Made by a program: the position numbers and the translations under genes. A stretch of DNA of 64,000 bases from positions 1 through 64,000 of the IMG/VR virus record IMGVR_UViG_3300023273_000426; one strand, given 5' to 3'. Of this stretch, positions 17,524-26,643 are shown in pieces. The stretch's first letter is position 1. Each line of letters starts with the position of its first letter. Source of the stretch: a virus. The notes beneath the pieces are model-generated. The model was not told where the DNA came from. It worked only from the letters and a program-made list of their open reading frames with translations, and searched no databases.

Positions 17524-18271
17524 TATCTTTCTCCGTTAATTCGTTACCTAACCATACTTCTATTACACGAACTGTCTTTTCGTCATTGTTAACTGCTTTA
17601 TGCCAGCAAAGTGCAGGTATATCTAAACTGTGACCTTGGCCAACAACATATGTGTGCTTTTCTTCGCCGTCATACTGTAGTGTAATCTCTACATTACCTT
17701 CAACTACATGCCAATGTTCCGAACGTGTAAAATGCCGTTGGTCGCTTAATGCTTTACCTGCATCAAACTCTAGTTGTTTTACTTGCCAGCCATCGCCCTT
17801 GTCTAGCACAGTGTATCTGCCCCAAGCACGTTCTGTAGTAGGTTGGCTCCATTCTTTTAGTATCCAACTGCTACTGTTTTTCTTGTCCTCACCGCCAACA
17901 CCAAATACAAATTCTACATCAGGATGATTGCCGTATGTTGCTTGTTCTGGTATGCTACCATCAACTCTATCGCCTCCGTTGGCGACAATCAACTTGCCTC
18001 TGTGTGTGGCAAGCAAATAACCAATAGCTTGTGTTGTGCCGCCTGTGTCGTCGTCTTTAACAAGTATAACTTCATCAACACAAGCAAGTTCTTTTACTAT
18101 TGCAGCACGTTCGTGAAAAGGCATAAACGGCCTGCCTTTTTTATTCACAAGCCATGTATCGCTGTTTAATCCTACAACTAGTTTATCGCCCAACTGTTTT
18201 GCTGCTTTAAAATATTCAATATGACCGCTGTGAAGTGGGTCGAACCCGCCTGTAACTAATACTGTTTTCAT
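17507..18271 (-). CDS. Cytidylyltransferase (RfaE/TagD-like) fused to a mannose-6-phosphate-isomerase-type cupin
   Basis: TGGFDPLHSGH, GLNSD, KKGRPFM, ANGGDR and KNSSS, followed by ERAWG, LSDQRHFTRSEHWHVV and IEVW. Confidence 0.88.
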   Translation of the reverse strand: MKTVLVTGGFDPLHSGHIEYFKAAKQLGDKLVVGLNSDTWLVNKKGRPFMPFHERAAIVKELACVDEVILVKDDDTGGTTQAIGYLLATHRGKLIVANGGDRVDGSIPEQATYGNHPDVEFVFGVGGEDKKNSSSWILKEWSQPTTERAWGRYTVLDKGDGWQVKQLEFDAGKALSDQRHFTRSEHWHVVEGNVEITLQYDGEEKHTYVVGQGHSLDIPALCWHKAVNNDEKTVRVIEVWLGNELTEKDIERRD

Positions 18272-18279
18272 AATAGTAC

Positions 18280-18855
18280 TTATATGATAGTTTTATTCTG
18301 TTCTAAAAAAGTGGCATATGTTATTTGTTCGTAGTTAATATTTTTATTTACAAACCACGTTTCGTATATTTTTTCAGGTTCGTCATTTATGAATACTTGA
18401 TCAACTGCAACTTTGTATCCATTGCTAACCATAAACTCTTTTGCAAGTAGATTATATTTGCTGCCTTCTTGATACTCATCGTGTTCAAATGTTATACAGT
18501 CAAATGTAACGCCTTGACTTATTACTCGTTGTAATGCTCGAAATGTATTTGCAGCAGGTTCGATATCACAGCTCAAATATCCTACATGCATATTCATATT
18601 ATTTTCTTGTATTGCTTTTTGATAATCAAAAGTTAGTGCATTTTCAAAATAACATTTATTGTTTCTAGATTCTGCTTGCCAATCTGGTAAGTGTTTTTGT
18701 GAAAGCTCAATACTAAAACCTTGAAAGTTGTTGTTTTCTAACTCGTATGTGTTGTTAAACTTTACAGGTTTTTTGGCGCCGATTTCGATATAAGATTTTG
18801 TAGTGCATATGTTTAATGCAAATAAATCTTGACATGATTGAGAATAGGATTTCAT
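18280..18855 (-). CDS. FkbM-like SAM-dependent methyltransferase
   Basis: YSQSCQD, YIEIGA, NNTYELE, YLSCDIE and ITFEH. Confidence 0.7.
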   Translation of the reverse strand: MKSYSQSCQDLFALNICTTKSYIEIGAKKPVKFNNTYELENNNFQGFSIELSQKHLPDWQAESRNNKCYFENALTFDYQKAIQENNMNMHVGYLSCDIEPAANTFRALQRVISQGVTFDCITFEHDEYQEGSKYNLLAKEFMVSNGYKVAVDQVFINDEPEKIYETWFVNKNINYEQITYATFLEQNKTII

Positions 18856-19649
18856 TAACTTCTCATTCCATTGAATACTGTTTTCTTAAACTTTTCATTA
18901 TCAGTATGCACACTGTTAATCAGTTCAAAGTCTAAGTTTAGTTGCTTTAATAAAGATGCTATTGCTTGTGTATCTTTAGGCAAGCACATACCACCATACC
19001 CTCTAAGATTGGGATTTACATCTAAATACATATCAGTAGCTTTGCCCGTTTTGATATAGGCATTTTTAATCGTAGTATAATCGCAATCTAACTTTTCACA
19101 AATTTCGTACATAACATTTGCAAATGTGACACGCAAAGCAGCGTACACATTGTTATAATATTTTAAAACTTCTGCTTCATTAGGCGTTAGGTGTTCTGTG
19201 TGTTCTGGTAACTCGCCGTGTGCTTTTACAAGTTTACGATACACCCAAATATCATGTGTGCCAATTGCAAGCAACTTATGATTGTTAATAAAATCTTCTG
19301 CTGCACAACGTTCACGTAAAAACTCTGGCACAAAACATATAGTAAGATTTCTATATGTATCTATCATGCGTTGTGTAAATCCTGGAACAACTGTACTACG
19401 TATTGCAATAATACCTTTGTAAGAATAAAGATTGAGTTCTTTTATTACTGATTCTAATATACTTGTATCACAACTTCCATCAGCAGCTTGAGGAGTAGGC
19501 ACACATAGAAATGCTATTTCGGCATCCAAGACTTCGTTGATTGTTGTGTCAAGTTTTGTATCATGTGTAACTAGGTCATGTCCTAGCATACTAAACCCTG
19601 AATAATTGGCACTGCCTACCGCGCCCATACCTATAATACCTATCTTCAT
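18855..19649 (-). CDS. UDP-glucose/GDP-mannose dehydrogenase family protein (short, lacks the C-terminal domain)
   Basis: GIIGMGAVG, CVPTP, RSTVVPG, PEFLRE, AEVLKY and GYGGMCLPKD. Confidence 0.9.
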   Translation of the reverse strand: MKIGIIGMGAVGSANYSGFSMLGHDLVTHDTKLDTTINEVLDAEIAFLCVPTPQAADGSCDTSILESVIKELNLYSYKGIIAIRSTVVPGFTQRMIDTYRNLTICFVPEFLRERCAAEDFINNHKLLAIGTHDIWVYRKLVKAHGELPEHTEHLTPNEAEVLKYYNNVYAALRVTFANVMYEICEKLDCDYTTIKNAYIKTGKATDMYLDVNPNLRGYGGMCLPKDTQAIASLLKQLNLDFELINSVHTDNEKFKKTVFNGMRS

Positions 19650-20509
19650 AATAAACTTTCCACTGTCTTTCTCAAACCGTCTTGCAAAGGTGTATAATCA
19701 TCAAACTCTGTTAGCGTTCTAACAAGTGTTGTATCTGGGCAACGGCGTTTTGCACTACCAACAGGTCCAGGGCGTACTTCAAGTTTATCTGGATTGATAC
19801 CCATTATGCCCATTATTAGTTTGGCTACTAGCTTTATTTTAACTTCGTATTGACTGCCAACGTTTACAGTTTTGTTGCTGTGATTGCGCACAAGTATATC
19901 TGTCATTTTTACAGCATCGTCTACATAACAGAAGCTACGGGTATCATCGCCTTTGATATAATATTCTCCTGCTTTACAACGTTCTACAAACTCGTTGATA
20001 AAATGATCTATCTGTCCTGGTCCATACACGTTAAAGTAGCGTATGATAAGATATTCCAATCCACTGTTTGCTACTAGGTTTTCGCCAAGAGCTTTCGGAA
20101 TACTATAACTCCATCTTGGATTCGTAATGTCGTTAAACACAACTGGTACTTGCTCATCAGTTGGCACAGGGTAATAACCTTCATCTATTGCTCCGTTAAA
20201 TATTTCACATGTACTTGCAAACACAAACTTGGTGTTTGTATCTCTATAACGTTCGATTAAGTTTATTGTAGGCAATGTATTATTAATCAATACATCAGTA
20301 GGCTGTTCATAAAATAGTCGAGTACCATTAGTTGCTGCAAGATGTACTACAACATCACAATCAGGCATTGAACTAGTTACACCAGAATACCTTAGGTTTT
20401 TAATATTTCCGTCTTTTTGATCATATGGAAATACTTCGCCAGTATCTTTTACATAGTTATAATAATGACTACCAATAAATCCTTTATGTCCTGTTAATAC
20501 TATTTTCAT
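19646..20509 (-). CDS. NAD-dependent nucleotide-sugar epimerase/dehydratase (UDP-glucuronate decarboxylase-like)
   Basis: TGHKGFIGS, HLAA, FASTCE, YSIPK (YxxxK), RYFNVYGP and TRSFCYVDD. Confidence 0.9.
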   Translation of the reverse strand: MKIVLTGHKGFIGSHYYNYVKDTGEVFPYDQKDGNIKNLRYSGVTSSMPDCDVVVHLAATNGTRLFYEQPTDVLINNTLPTINLIERYRDTNTKFVFASTCEIFNGAIDEGYYPVPTDEQVPVVFNDITNPRWSYSIPKALGENLVANSGLEYLIIRYFNVYGPGQIDHFINEFVERCKAGEYYIKGDDTRSFCYVDDAVKMTDILVRNHSNKTVNVGSQYEVKIKLVAKLIMGIMGINPDKLEVRPGPVGSAKRRCPDTTLVRTLTEFDDYTPLQDGLRKTVESLL

Positions 20510-21258
20510 TTCTTTTTCTTTGTTGCTTTAATAAAATAAACATCGCGTTGTTCTTTTCGTGTGCCTTTGTAATGACACATGTGATTTTTAAATGCTGAAT
20601 CAAAGTGTCCTTTGCTAATACCTTTTGGACTAATACTCTGACCAACAATCTTGTTTTCTTTTTCTAGCTTTTCTAAGCAAGCATCAAATACATGACAATC
20701 TAACTGTGCAGGTAGATTGTATATTTCATCTGTATCATAATACCATTCCCATAAGTCAAAAAACTCAGCACTATTAGAACAGTCTAAGTTAAAACTTAAC
20801 CAACCTGTTTCTGTGTATTTTCCGTCGCGGCCAAGATAGCTTACAAACTTATCATTGTCTAAGAAGCTACGCAAGTACTCTTCGTTAATAGGTGCAAGTA
20901 TTTCGGTGTCAGCATCGAGCCAAATAAGTCTGTCAGTTTTAACTTTTCGACTAGCATCAATAATACAATAACTTTTGTAACTAAATCTTACAGCATCAGT
21001 ATAAAACCCTTTGGTACCTTCTTTAACAGGTCTTCCACTATTGCGCTTTTTAAAACGTTTAAGTCCTTTAGATTCCTTTGAAAGAATATAGTTTTTCCAT
21101 TTCTCAGTATCGTCAAATAAAGGTGTGTCAGTGTATACTAACACATTAACATTTTCATCTAAATATTTTTCCAAACTATTCATAAAATACTTGGCATATA
21201 TTTCATAATGCTGATCGCCAAATGTTGTAACGATTGTTGTTTTTACATTACCATCCAA
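20506..21258 (-). CDS. GT-A fold glycosyltransferase, paralogue of 14090..14908
   Basis: AVRFSYKSY, IWLDADT, YLGR, ETGW, DCHVFD and HYKG. Confidence 0.75.
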   Translation of the reverse strand: MDGNVKTTIVTTFGDQHYEIYAKYFMNSLEKYLDENVNVLVYTDTPLFDDTEKWKNYILSKESKGLKRFKKRNSGRPVKEGTKGFYTDAVRFSYKSYCIIDASRKVKTDRLIWLDADTEILAPINEEYLRSFLDNDKFVSYLGRDGKYTETGWLSFNLDCSNSAEFFDLWEWYYDTDEIYNLPAQLDCHVFDACLEKLEKENKIVGQSISPKGISKGHFDSAFKNHMCHYKGTRKEQRDVYFIKATKKKK

Positions 21259-21868
21259 AAATATAATCCTTTCTTACATTTGTTATTTCACGAGCACCAA
21301 ACGATTTTAAAAATAGACCAGCACATTCGTCAGTATCAGCTTGTTGTTCGCATACAATAATAGGTTTGTATTTTAGTATTGTATCCATTGCACCCTTGAG
21401 TACTTCAAGTTCGTGTCGCTCGCAGTCTATCTTTAATAGGCCAAACTTAGGAAGATTCAAATCGTCTAGTCGTTTGATATTAATACTACCTTGTCCTATA
21501 TTGCTTACAAAACTTCCGCCAGTGTTTTCAGGATCGTATACCATTTCAACTAAATCGTTTACGTTTCCTAATGCATGTTTATGTATGTCTACGTTTAATC
21601 CTGCTACATTACTTTCTAAACAACTATACACTTGTTCAAGTGGCTCAAATGCTATTACACGTTTAAATCTTTCAGTAAGAGGTTTTGCCCATAATCCGAC
21701 ATTGGCTCCGATATCAATAGCAATATCAAAGTCTCTTACATATTTGTATGCTTCATCTCTTACATCATCTTGATATTGTGCAGGGCCGCCATTGTTAATA
21801 CGTTTGGTAATCAATCTTTCAAAATGATTATCAGTATCAGGCATCCAATAGTTGTATACTTGTTTCAT
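21248..21868 (-). CDS. FkbM family methyltransferase
   Basis: IDIGANVG, AFEP, ALG, LDD, LKIDCE and VLKGA. Confidence 0.88.
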   Translation of the reverse strand: MKQVYNYWMPDTDNHFERLITKRINNGGPAQYQDDVRDEAYKYVRDFDIAIDIGANVGLWAKPLTERFKRVIAFEPLEQVYSCLESNVAGLNVDIHKHALGNVNDLVEMVYDPENTGGSFVSNIGQGSINIKRLDDLNLPKFGLLKIDCERHELEVLKGAMDTILKYKPIIVCEQQADTDECAGLFLKSFGAREITNVRKDYIFGW

Positions 21869-22320
21869 AATGTTGCATCTTCCATGCCTGCTACTCGTAA
21901 CTTAACTACATTTGTAATCTGCCATTGCTTTTGATCAAGTGCTTTAAGTACACCTAACCACTTGTTACGTAGCAATGCAAACTCGTTAATAATCTTTTCG
22001 TAGTCGCATACATCTGTTTCGCCATCGACATATTTTTCTACATCACGACTACTTAATGCACGTTGATAGTTTTCTAGATACTTCTTAAAAAACGAGCTAC
22101 GCAACTTGCGTAACTCGATATTTAAATATTCAAGAATAGCTTCAATCTCTTGAAGTTGATTGAACCGGTGTTCAACAATACCTGGCATCTCGGCAGCAGC
22201 ACGTTCTACATTGCCTTTAAGTTTCACTTCAGAACGAGCTGTTACCAACTCGTTCTCAAAGTGTTGTATTGCGTTAGGTATTTCCGATATGTCTCGACTA
22301 ACTTGACTATACCATCCCAT
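21865..22320 (-). CDS. uvsY: UvsY-like recombination mediator
   Basis: YLENYQRALSSRDVEKYVDGE and ALDQKQWQITNVVKLRVAG; lies downstream of uvsX. Confidence 0.85.
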   Translation of the reverse strand: MGWYSQVSRDISEIPNAIQHFENELVTARSEVKLKGNVERAAAEMPGIVEHRFNQLQEIEAILEYLNIELRKLRSSFFKKYLENYQRALSSRDVEKYVDGETDVCDYEKIINEFALLRNKWLGVLKALDQKQWQITNVVKLRVAGMEDATL

Positions 22321-22547
22321 TATTCATCCCATTCATCTTCATCATCTTCGCTCTGATCTAGTTCTAAATAATATTGAATAGCAGTATCAAGTCTTTTACT
22401 ATTACCCATCATATCCTGTAACTGAACTTCGGACATTCCATAGTCAGCCAACATATCGACATAGCGTTCTGCTGCCATTTCAACATGTTTTTTATCTAGA
22501 TATTCTTTAAACAAGTTCCACAAATCGGCTGCTATTTCTTCGTTCAT
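22320..22547 (-). CDS. Small acidic hypothetical protein
   Basis: 75-aa ORF between uvsX and uvsY. Confidence 0.7.
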   Translation of the reverse strand: MNEEIAADLWNLFKEYLDKKHVEMAAERYVDMLADYGMSEVQLQDMMGNSKRLDTAIQYYLELDQSEDDEDEWDE

Positions 22548-22553
22548 ATTACA

Positions 22554-23678
22554 TTATTCCTCAACTAAGTTATCTTCGGTATTTACCAATTCAGCATCTT
22601 GAGCAGCCAGTTCTGCTTCTTCTGCTGCTCTAGCTGCGTCAGCTGCTAGTTTTGCAACTTGTGCTTCTTTAGCTGGTAAGTCTGCCATAACTTTGTCAAG
22701 TAGATCTCCTGTCCAACGTTTGCGGAATTCTAGAATAGGTTCACCAGTACTCATAACATATTCGTACCGATTGCCTTTCTTTTCTAGCAATCCTTTTGCG
22801 TCCATCAAGTCAAACATGCCCGAATACGGATCCATGCCTGTTTCATATGGAATCTCAACTTGTACACTTTCAAACGGTTTGTTGTAACGTGTTTTCATTA
22901 CTTTACACGCTGCACGAATACCATGTACTTGTGATGTTTTGTTGCCGTCTGCGTCTACTTTAAGTTTAAGTTTCTTCATAGCAACAACCATAGAGCTTGC
23001 ATACACAAAGCCCGAACCACCTGAGATCTTGTCATCTGGATCAAACATATCCTGTGATGCATAAGTGTGGTTAGTAACAACCATACCTACATTATATGAA
23101 CCAAACATATTCACACAGTTAGTTACAAGTGCCTTTAGTGCCTTTGCCTTACGACCAAAGTCACCTTTCATATCACCCTTTTGGAACTGGTCCATTTCAG
23201 TTGGTGACATAAGCATACCAAGTGAGTCAACTACAAACAATACTTTAGGACGATCTTCTTCCGCCATTGCTTTGTAGTCTTCCATAAACGTACTAACTGT
23301 TTTAGCAACATCATCAATCATTGCCATGTTAAGTTTAAGAAGCTTGCTTTCGTCTGTGTCTACTTTTAGTGCTTGTAGCCATGTTTCGTCAAGTGCGTTT
23401 TCACTGTCAATCAGTACAACAAAAATGCCTTGCTGCTGTGCGTACTTAACAATGTTACCACTTACAATGTACGACTTGCCTGCGCCAGATTCGCCTGCGA
23501 ACACTGACACTTTACCTAGAGGAATACCTTTTTGAAAGTCTCCACTTAGTAAGTAGTTGAGTGCAAAGTTGCCTGTACTAATCCAATCAGTTGGATCGTT
23601 AAAGCCTGCACTCATACCCGTAATAGATTTTGTCAACGAATTACGAAACTTCGTTGGATCGAATGACTTATTTGCCAT
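22554..23678 (-). CDS. uvsX: RecA/UvsX recombinase
   Basis: WISTG, AGESGAGKS, IDSENA, VVDSLG, VTNHTY, SGGSG and KTRY. Confidence 0.93.
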   Translation of the reverse strand: MANKSFDPTKFRNSLTKSITGMSAGFNDPTDWISTGNFALNYLLSGDFQKGIPLGKVSVFAGESGAGKSYIVSGNIVKYAQQQGIFVVLIDSENALDETWLQALKVDTDESKLLKLNMAMIDDVAKTVSTFMEDYKAMAEEDRPKVLFVVDSLGMLMSPTEMDQFQKGDMKGDFGRKAKALKALVTNCVNMFGSYNVGMVVTNHTYASQDMFDPDDKISGGSGFVYASSMVVAMKKLKLKVDADGNKTSQVHGIRAACKVMKTRYNKPFESVQVEIPYETGMDPYSGMFDLMDAKGLLEKKGNRYEYVMSTGEPILEFRKRWTGDLLDKVMADLPAKEAQVAKLAADAARAAEEAELAAQDAELVNTEDNLVEE

Positions 23679-23705
23679 GTATATCTCCTATTAAATGAAT
23701 GAAGT

Positions 23706-23738
23706 AAAAGGGTTGCTGTGTAATAAAGCAACCCTTTT
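23706..23738 (-). terminator. Intrinsic terminator after gp32 (possibly bidirectional)
   Basis: AAAAGGGTTGCT-9 nt-AGCAACCCTTTT perfect inverted repeat. Confidence 0.8.
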
Positions 23739-23747
23739 TAGTTGCTA

Positions 23748-24752
23748 TTAACCTTGACGTGAACGGATCATTGCAAGGATGTCTTGCGCTCCGCCAGCTG
23801 CTGGTTCTGCTGCTGGTTCTGCTGCTGGTGTAGCAGGTTCTTGCCATCCAGTATCGGTTGTAGTTTCAGCTACTGGTGCAGGTGCAGGTGCTGGTGCTGC
23901 TGGAGCACTTTGACTTGTAGCAGTTGCTTGTGGGCTTGCTGCTTTTTGCGGATCGCCTGTACGTGCAGCCATACCACTTGGACGGAAGTAGTTACTCCAA
24001 CGTTCTGCATCATATGCTTCGCCGTCTACTGACGCTTCAAACATTTCTGTTAGAATCTTAACACCAGCTTCATCTGGTTTTTTAGGAAGGAAGTCGTTGA
24101 GATTAAACAGTCCATGTGTATTTACTGCTCCCATCTCTGCATCACCTAGCGGGCGATCTCGACGTGCCCAGTTACTTGCACCATAATCAGCATAGCCACC
24201 TTTGGAACCTTTTGAAAGACGGAAGTCTACACCAGCAGTATAATCTGTTGGAAGTTCTTCCATATCTGGGTCCATCAGTGCTGCTTTAATAAGTTGGAAG
24301 ATTTGTGGACCAATAATAAAGCGTCGAATAGGATTCTCTGGCAAATCTTCCTTTAGTGGATCTTCAGTTACAAACCCTTGGAAGATATAACTACGTTTTT
24401 TCCAATACTTACGACCCATGTCTTCAAGACTTGCGTCTTTAAACCAACCACGTACTTCTTGTAGGATTGGACATGACTCTCCGTACATTTCCATACACGG
24501 AACTTGTACCTGTACGGGGCGTGAATCTGTTTCGCCCTTAACTCCTGCAAAAGGAAGTTTGATCATCAAACGTTCTTTCCAAAAGAAAGTATTGTCTTGA
24601 TCGCCATCTGGCAAAAAACGAATAGTTGCCTGTTCGCCTTCTTTCATGTTCCAAAATGGGTAAATCGCATTGTCACCGCCTGATGTACGGTTGCCGCTTG
24701 CGCCAGCTTCTTGTTCTTTGAGCTTTGCTCGAATTTCTGCTAATGATGCCAT
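23748..24752 (-). CDS. Single-stranded DNA-binding protein (T4 gp32-like)
   Basis: ATIRFLPD, CMEMYGESCPI, KYWKKRSY, GPQIF, GVDFRL and YADY; Pro/Ala-rich linker tail. Confidence 0.88.
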   Translation of the reverse strand: MASLAEIRAKLKEQEAGASGNRTSGGDNAIYPFWNMKEGEQATIRFLPDGDQDNTFFWKERLMIKLPFAGVKGETDSRPVQVQVPCMEMYGESCPILQEVRGWFKDASLEDMGRKYWKKRSYIFQGFVTEDPLKEDLPENPIRRFIIGPQIFQLIKAALMDPDMEELPTDYTAGVDFRLSKGSKGGYADYGASNWARRDRPLGDAEMGAVNTHGLFNLNDFLPKKPDEAGVKILTEMFEASVDGEAYDAERWSNYFRPSGMAARTGDPQKAASPQATATSQSAPAAPAPAPAPVAETTTDTGWQEPATPAAEPAAEPAAGGAQDILAMIRSRQG

Positions 24753-24833
24753 AGTGCCTTTTCTCCTATATGTTATGCCTATGTTAGAACAACCTATGTT
24801 GCTCTTGTGCCTTTAACGTGTAGCACAGTTTAT

Positions 24834-24862
24834 ATACTACACGTTTAGTTATGACTTGTCAA
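24834..24862 (-). promoter_or_regulatory. Sigma70-type promoter of the gp32-uvsX-uvsY unit
   Basis: TTGACA-17 nt-TAGTAT. The -10 overlaps the inverted repeat AACGTGTAG...CTACACGTT. Confidence 0.75.
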
Positions 24863-24896
24863 CTAAAAAATGCCAAGTCTTTAAAGAGTTAGCTGA

Positions 24897-26630
24897 TTAT
24901 TTTAAACCAGCTAACTCTTGTATTCTTGTAAAATCTGCCATCTTGCGAGCCTGATATTTTTCATATACTTGACCTAGACGTTCTATGAACTGACTTGCTG
25001 GCTTGATATATCTATCACCATATGATTTTTCAACCATTGTTAACACAGCAGTTTCGCCTTTTGGAAATACGCCTTGTTGCCTATCGTAGTAACTTAGTAT
25101 AAACTCGCCCAATGGTGTTTTTTGCTCTTTTTCTAGTTTTATCTTTTCGCCATCTGGTCCGTCGATTTCGTCGCCTTTGGTGTTGCCATTCATTTTAGCT
25201 TGACGTACAGCATTTGCGTATGCATTGCCTTCGTCTGTTTCTTGTTCGCCTTCTACTTGCGCACTAAAGTTATCTGCAAACTGTCCTAACAATTTATCAA
25301 ATGCTGCATCAATTTGAGATTCATATGCTGCACCACCAATGCCACGTGTGCCGCCACTTGGACTTGCACCAATATCTACTGTGGGTGCTAACTTGTAAAT
25401 AAATCCACCTTGCACAGGGCGTATTGTATAGTCTTCACCTTTTTCAAACTGTTTTTTAACCTGTCCAGGTTGTGCGGCTAGGGTTTCTTCAGCGGCTTGA
25501 ATTGCTTGTGCTGGCGTATCGTAAACTTGTGGTCTTGCTTGCGGACGTATACTAGTTTTTGGAGCGGCCGGTTTTGCTTGCGGACGCATATTTGATGGAT
25601 CCATTTCCATGTCGCCACGTGGCGGATACACATCTGCTTCTGCAATCAAATCATCAAAGTCCATTTCGTTTGCTTGTGTTGCTTCACCAACTAGTTTATA
25701 AATGTATGGAAATACATCCTTCAAATCTTCATTAAACTGTTTGATAGTAAGTTGATCAATCCAGTTACTAGCAACATCAGCAGGAACTTCAGATTCTTCT
25801 ATAACTACAAATTCTTCAAGTGCTTCTTTGTACATTGTAGGTTTTTGTAATGTTTGTATTCTTTTCTTAACTGTAGTAATACGTTCGTTTACTGTACCCA
25901 TGTGCTCTGCTAGGCTTTCTGCCATTACACTACTGCGACCCATATAAGTTTTGAACTTGCGGAGATTTGAAAGTTCTTCACTTAGGCTTGTAATGTGTTT
26001 ACCAAAGTCATCATATGGATGTCCGCCTTCACTAACGTGAATAGCCATTGCTCTTGCACCACTAAGATGTTTAAACGGATATTTAAATCTTTCACCTTGT
26101 GCATTTTCAATAAAAAGAGATCCTATCTTTTTATTTCTACTTTCGCCTTCATTAATATCACCTGTATGTTTTATTGAAAGTTTAGCACTTCCAAACTTTT
26201 GAAAGCTGGTTTTGTGAGTGCCATACATTTTTGACTCTGCCATTTGTGTTTCTCCGCGATTTACTGCCATGCTTGCATAATCTCTTTTTGTAAAGTTAGT
26301 TCTGTTAATGTCTCTAACTTCAAAATTTAATAAACGTTTTTTTGAAAACATTCTCATTTGTTTTAAAAAGTTATACCACTCTTTGGTTTCTTCAGCACCA
26401 ACTTCTTCTGTAAAGTCTTTGTTATACATTATAGTTACACCAGACTTTTCATCTAGTGAAACACTTACTTTACCTACATTAGTGTCTCTGCTTTTAAAAT
26501 CAAACTCATAAAATCTTGCAAGACTAGGAGCACTTGTTACATTTCCTTCTGCATCACCGGTGGTAACGCTGGAATAACGTCCTCTAATCTCATTAAAAAG
26601 TTGTTCTGCTATTGTATCTAAATTTCTCAT
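24897..26630 (-). CDS. Large hypothetical protein, probable head/internal virion protein
   Basis: 577 aa, late-type motif upstream, adjacent to terminase, ends RIQELAGLK. Confidence 0.6.
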   Translation of the reverse strand: MRNLDTIAEQLFNEIRGRYSSVTTGDAEGNVTSAPSLARFYEFDFKSRDTNVGKVSVSLDEKSGVTIMYNKDFTEEVGAEETKEWYNFLKQMRMFSKKRLLNFEVRDINRTNFTKRDYASMAVNRGETQMAESKMYGTHKTSFQKFGSAKLSIKHTGDINEGESRNKKIGSLFIENAQGERFKYPFKHLSGARAMAIHVSEGGHPYDDFGKHITSLSEELSNLRKFKTYMGRSSVMAESLAEHMGTVNERITTVKKRIQTLQKPTMYKEALEEFVVIEESEVPADVASNWIDQLTIKQFNEDLKDVFPYIYKLVGEATQANEMDFDDLIAEADVYPPRGDMEMDPSNMRPQAKPAAPKTSIRPQARPQVYDTPAQAIQAAEETLAAQPGQVKKQFEKGEDYTIRPVQGGFIYKLAPTVDIGASPSGGTRGIGGAAYESQIDAAFDKLLGQFADNFSAQVEGEQETDEGNAYANAVRQAKMNGNTKGDEIDGPDGEKIKLEKEQKTPLGEFILSYYDRQQGVFPKGETAVLTMVEKSYGDRYIKPASQFIERLGQVYEKYQARKMADFTRIQELAGLK

Positions 26631-26643
26631 TGCATACTATTTA

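Noticed and set aside
7123-21868. Bacterial LPS/capsule locus, i.e. host chromosome, prophage flank or chimeric contig
   Set aside because: The sugar genes are interleaved and overlap-coupled with uvsW, uvsY and other phage genes and share phage promoter motifs. No transporters, integrase or housekeeping genes are present.
23790-23900. GCTGGTTCTGCT and GGTGCA short tandem repeats
   Set aside because: They encode the Pro/Ala linker (PAPAPAP, PAAEPAAEP) of the SSB tail, which is ordinary low complexity.
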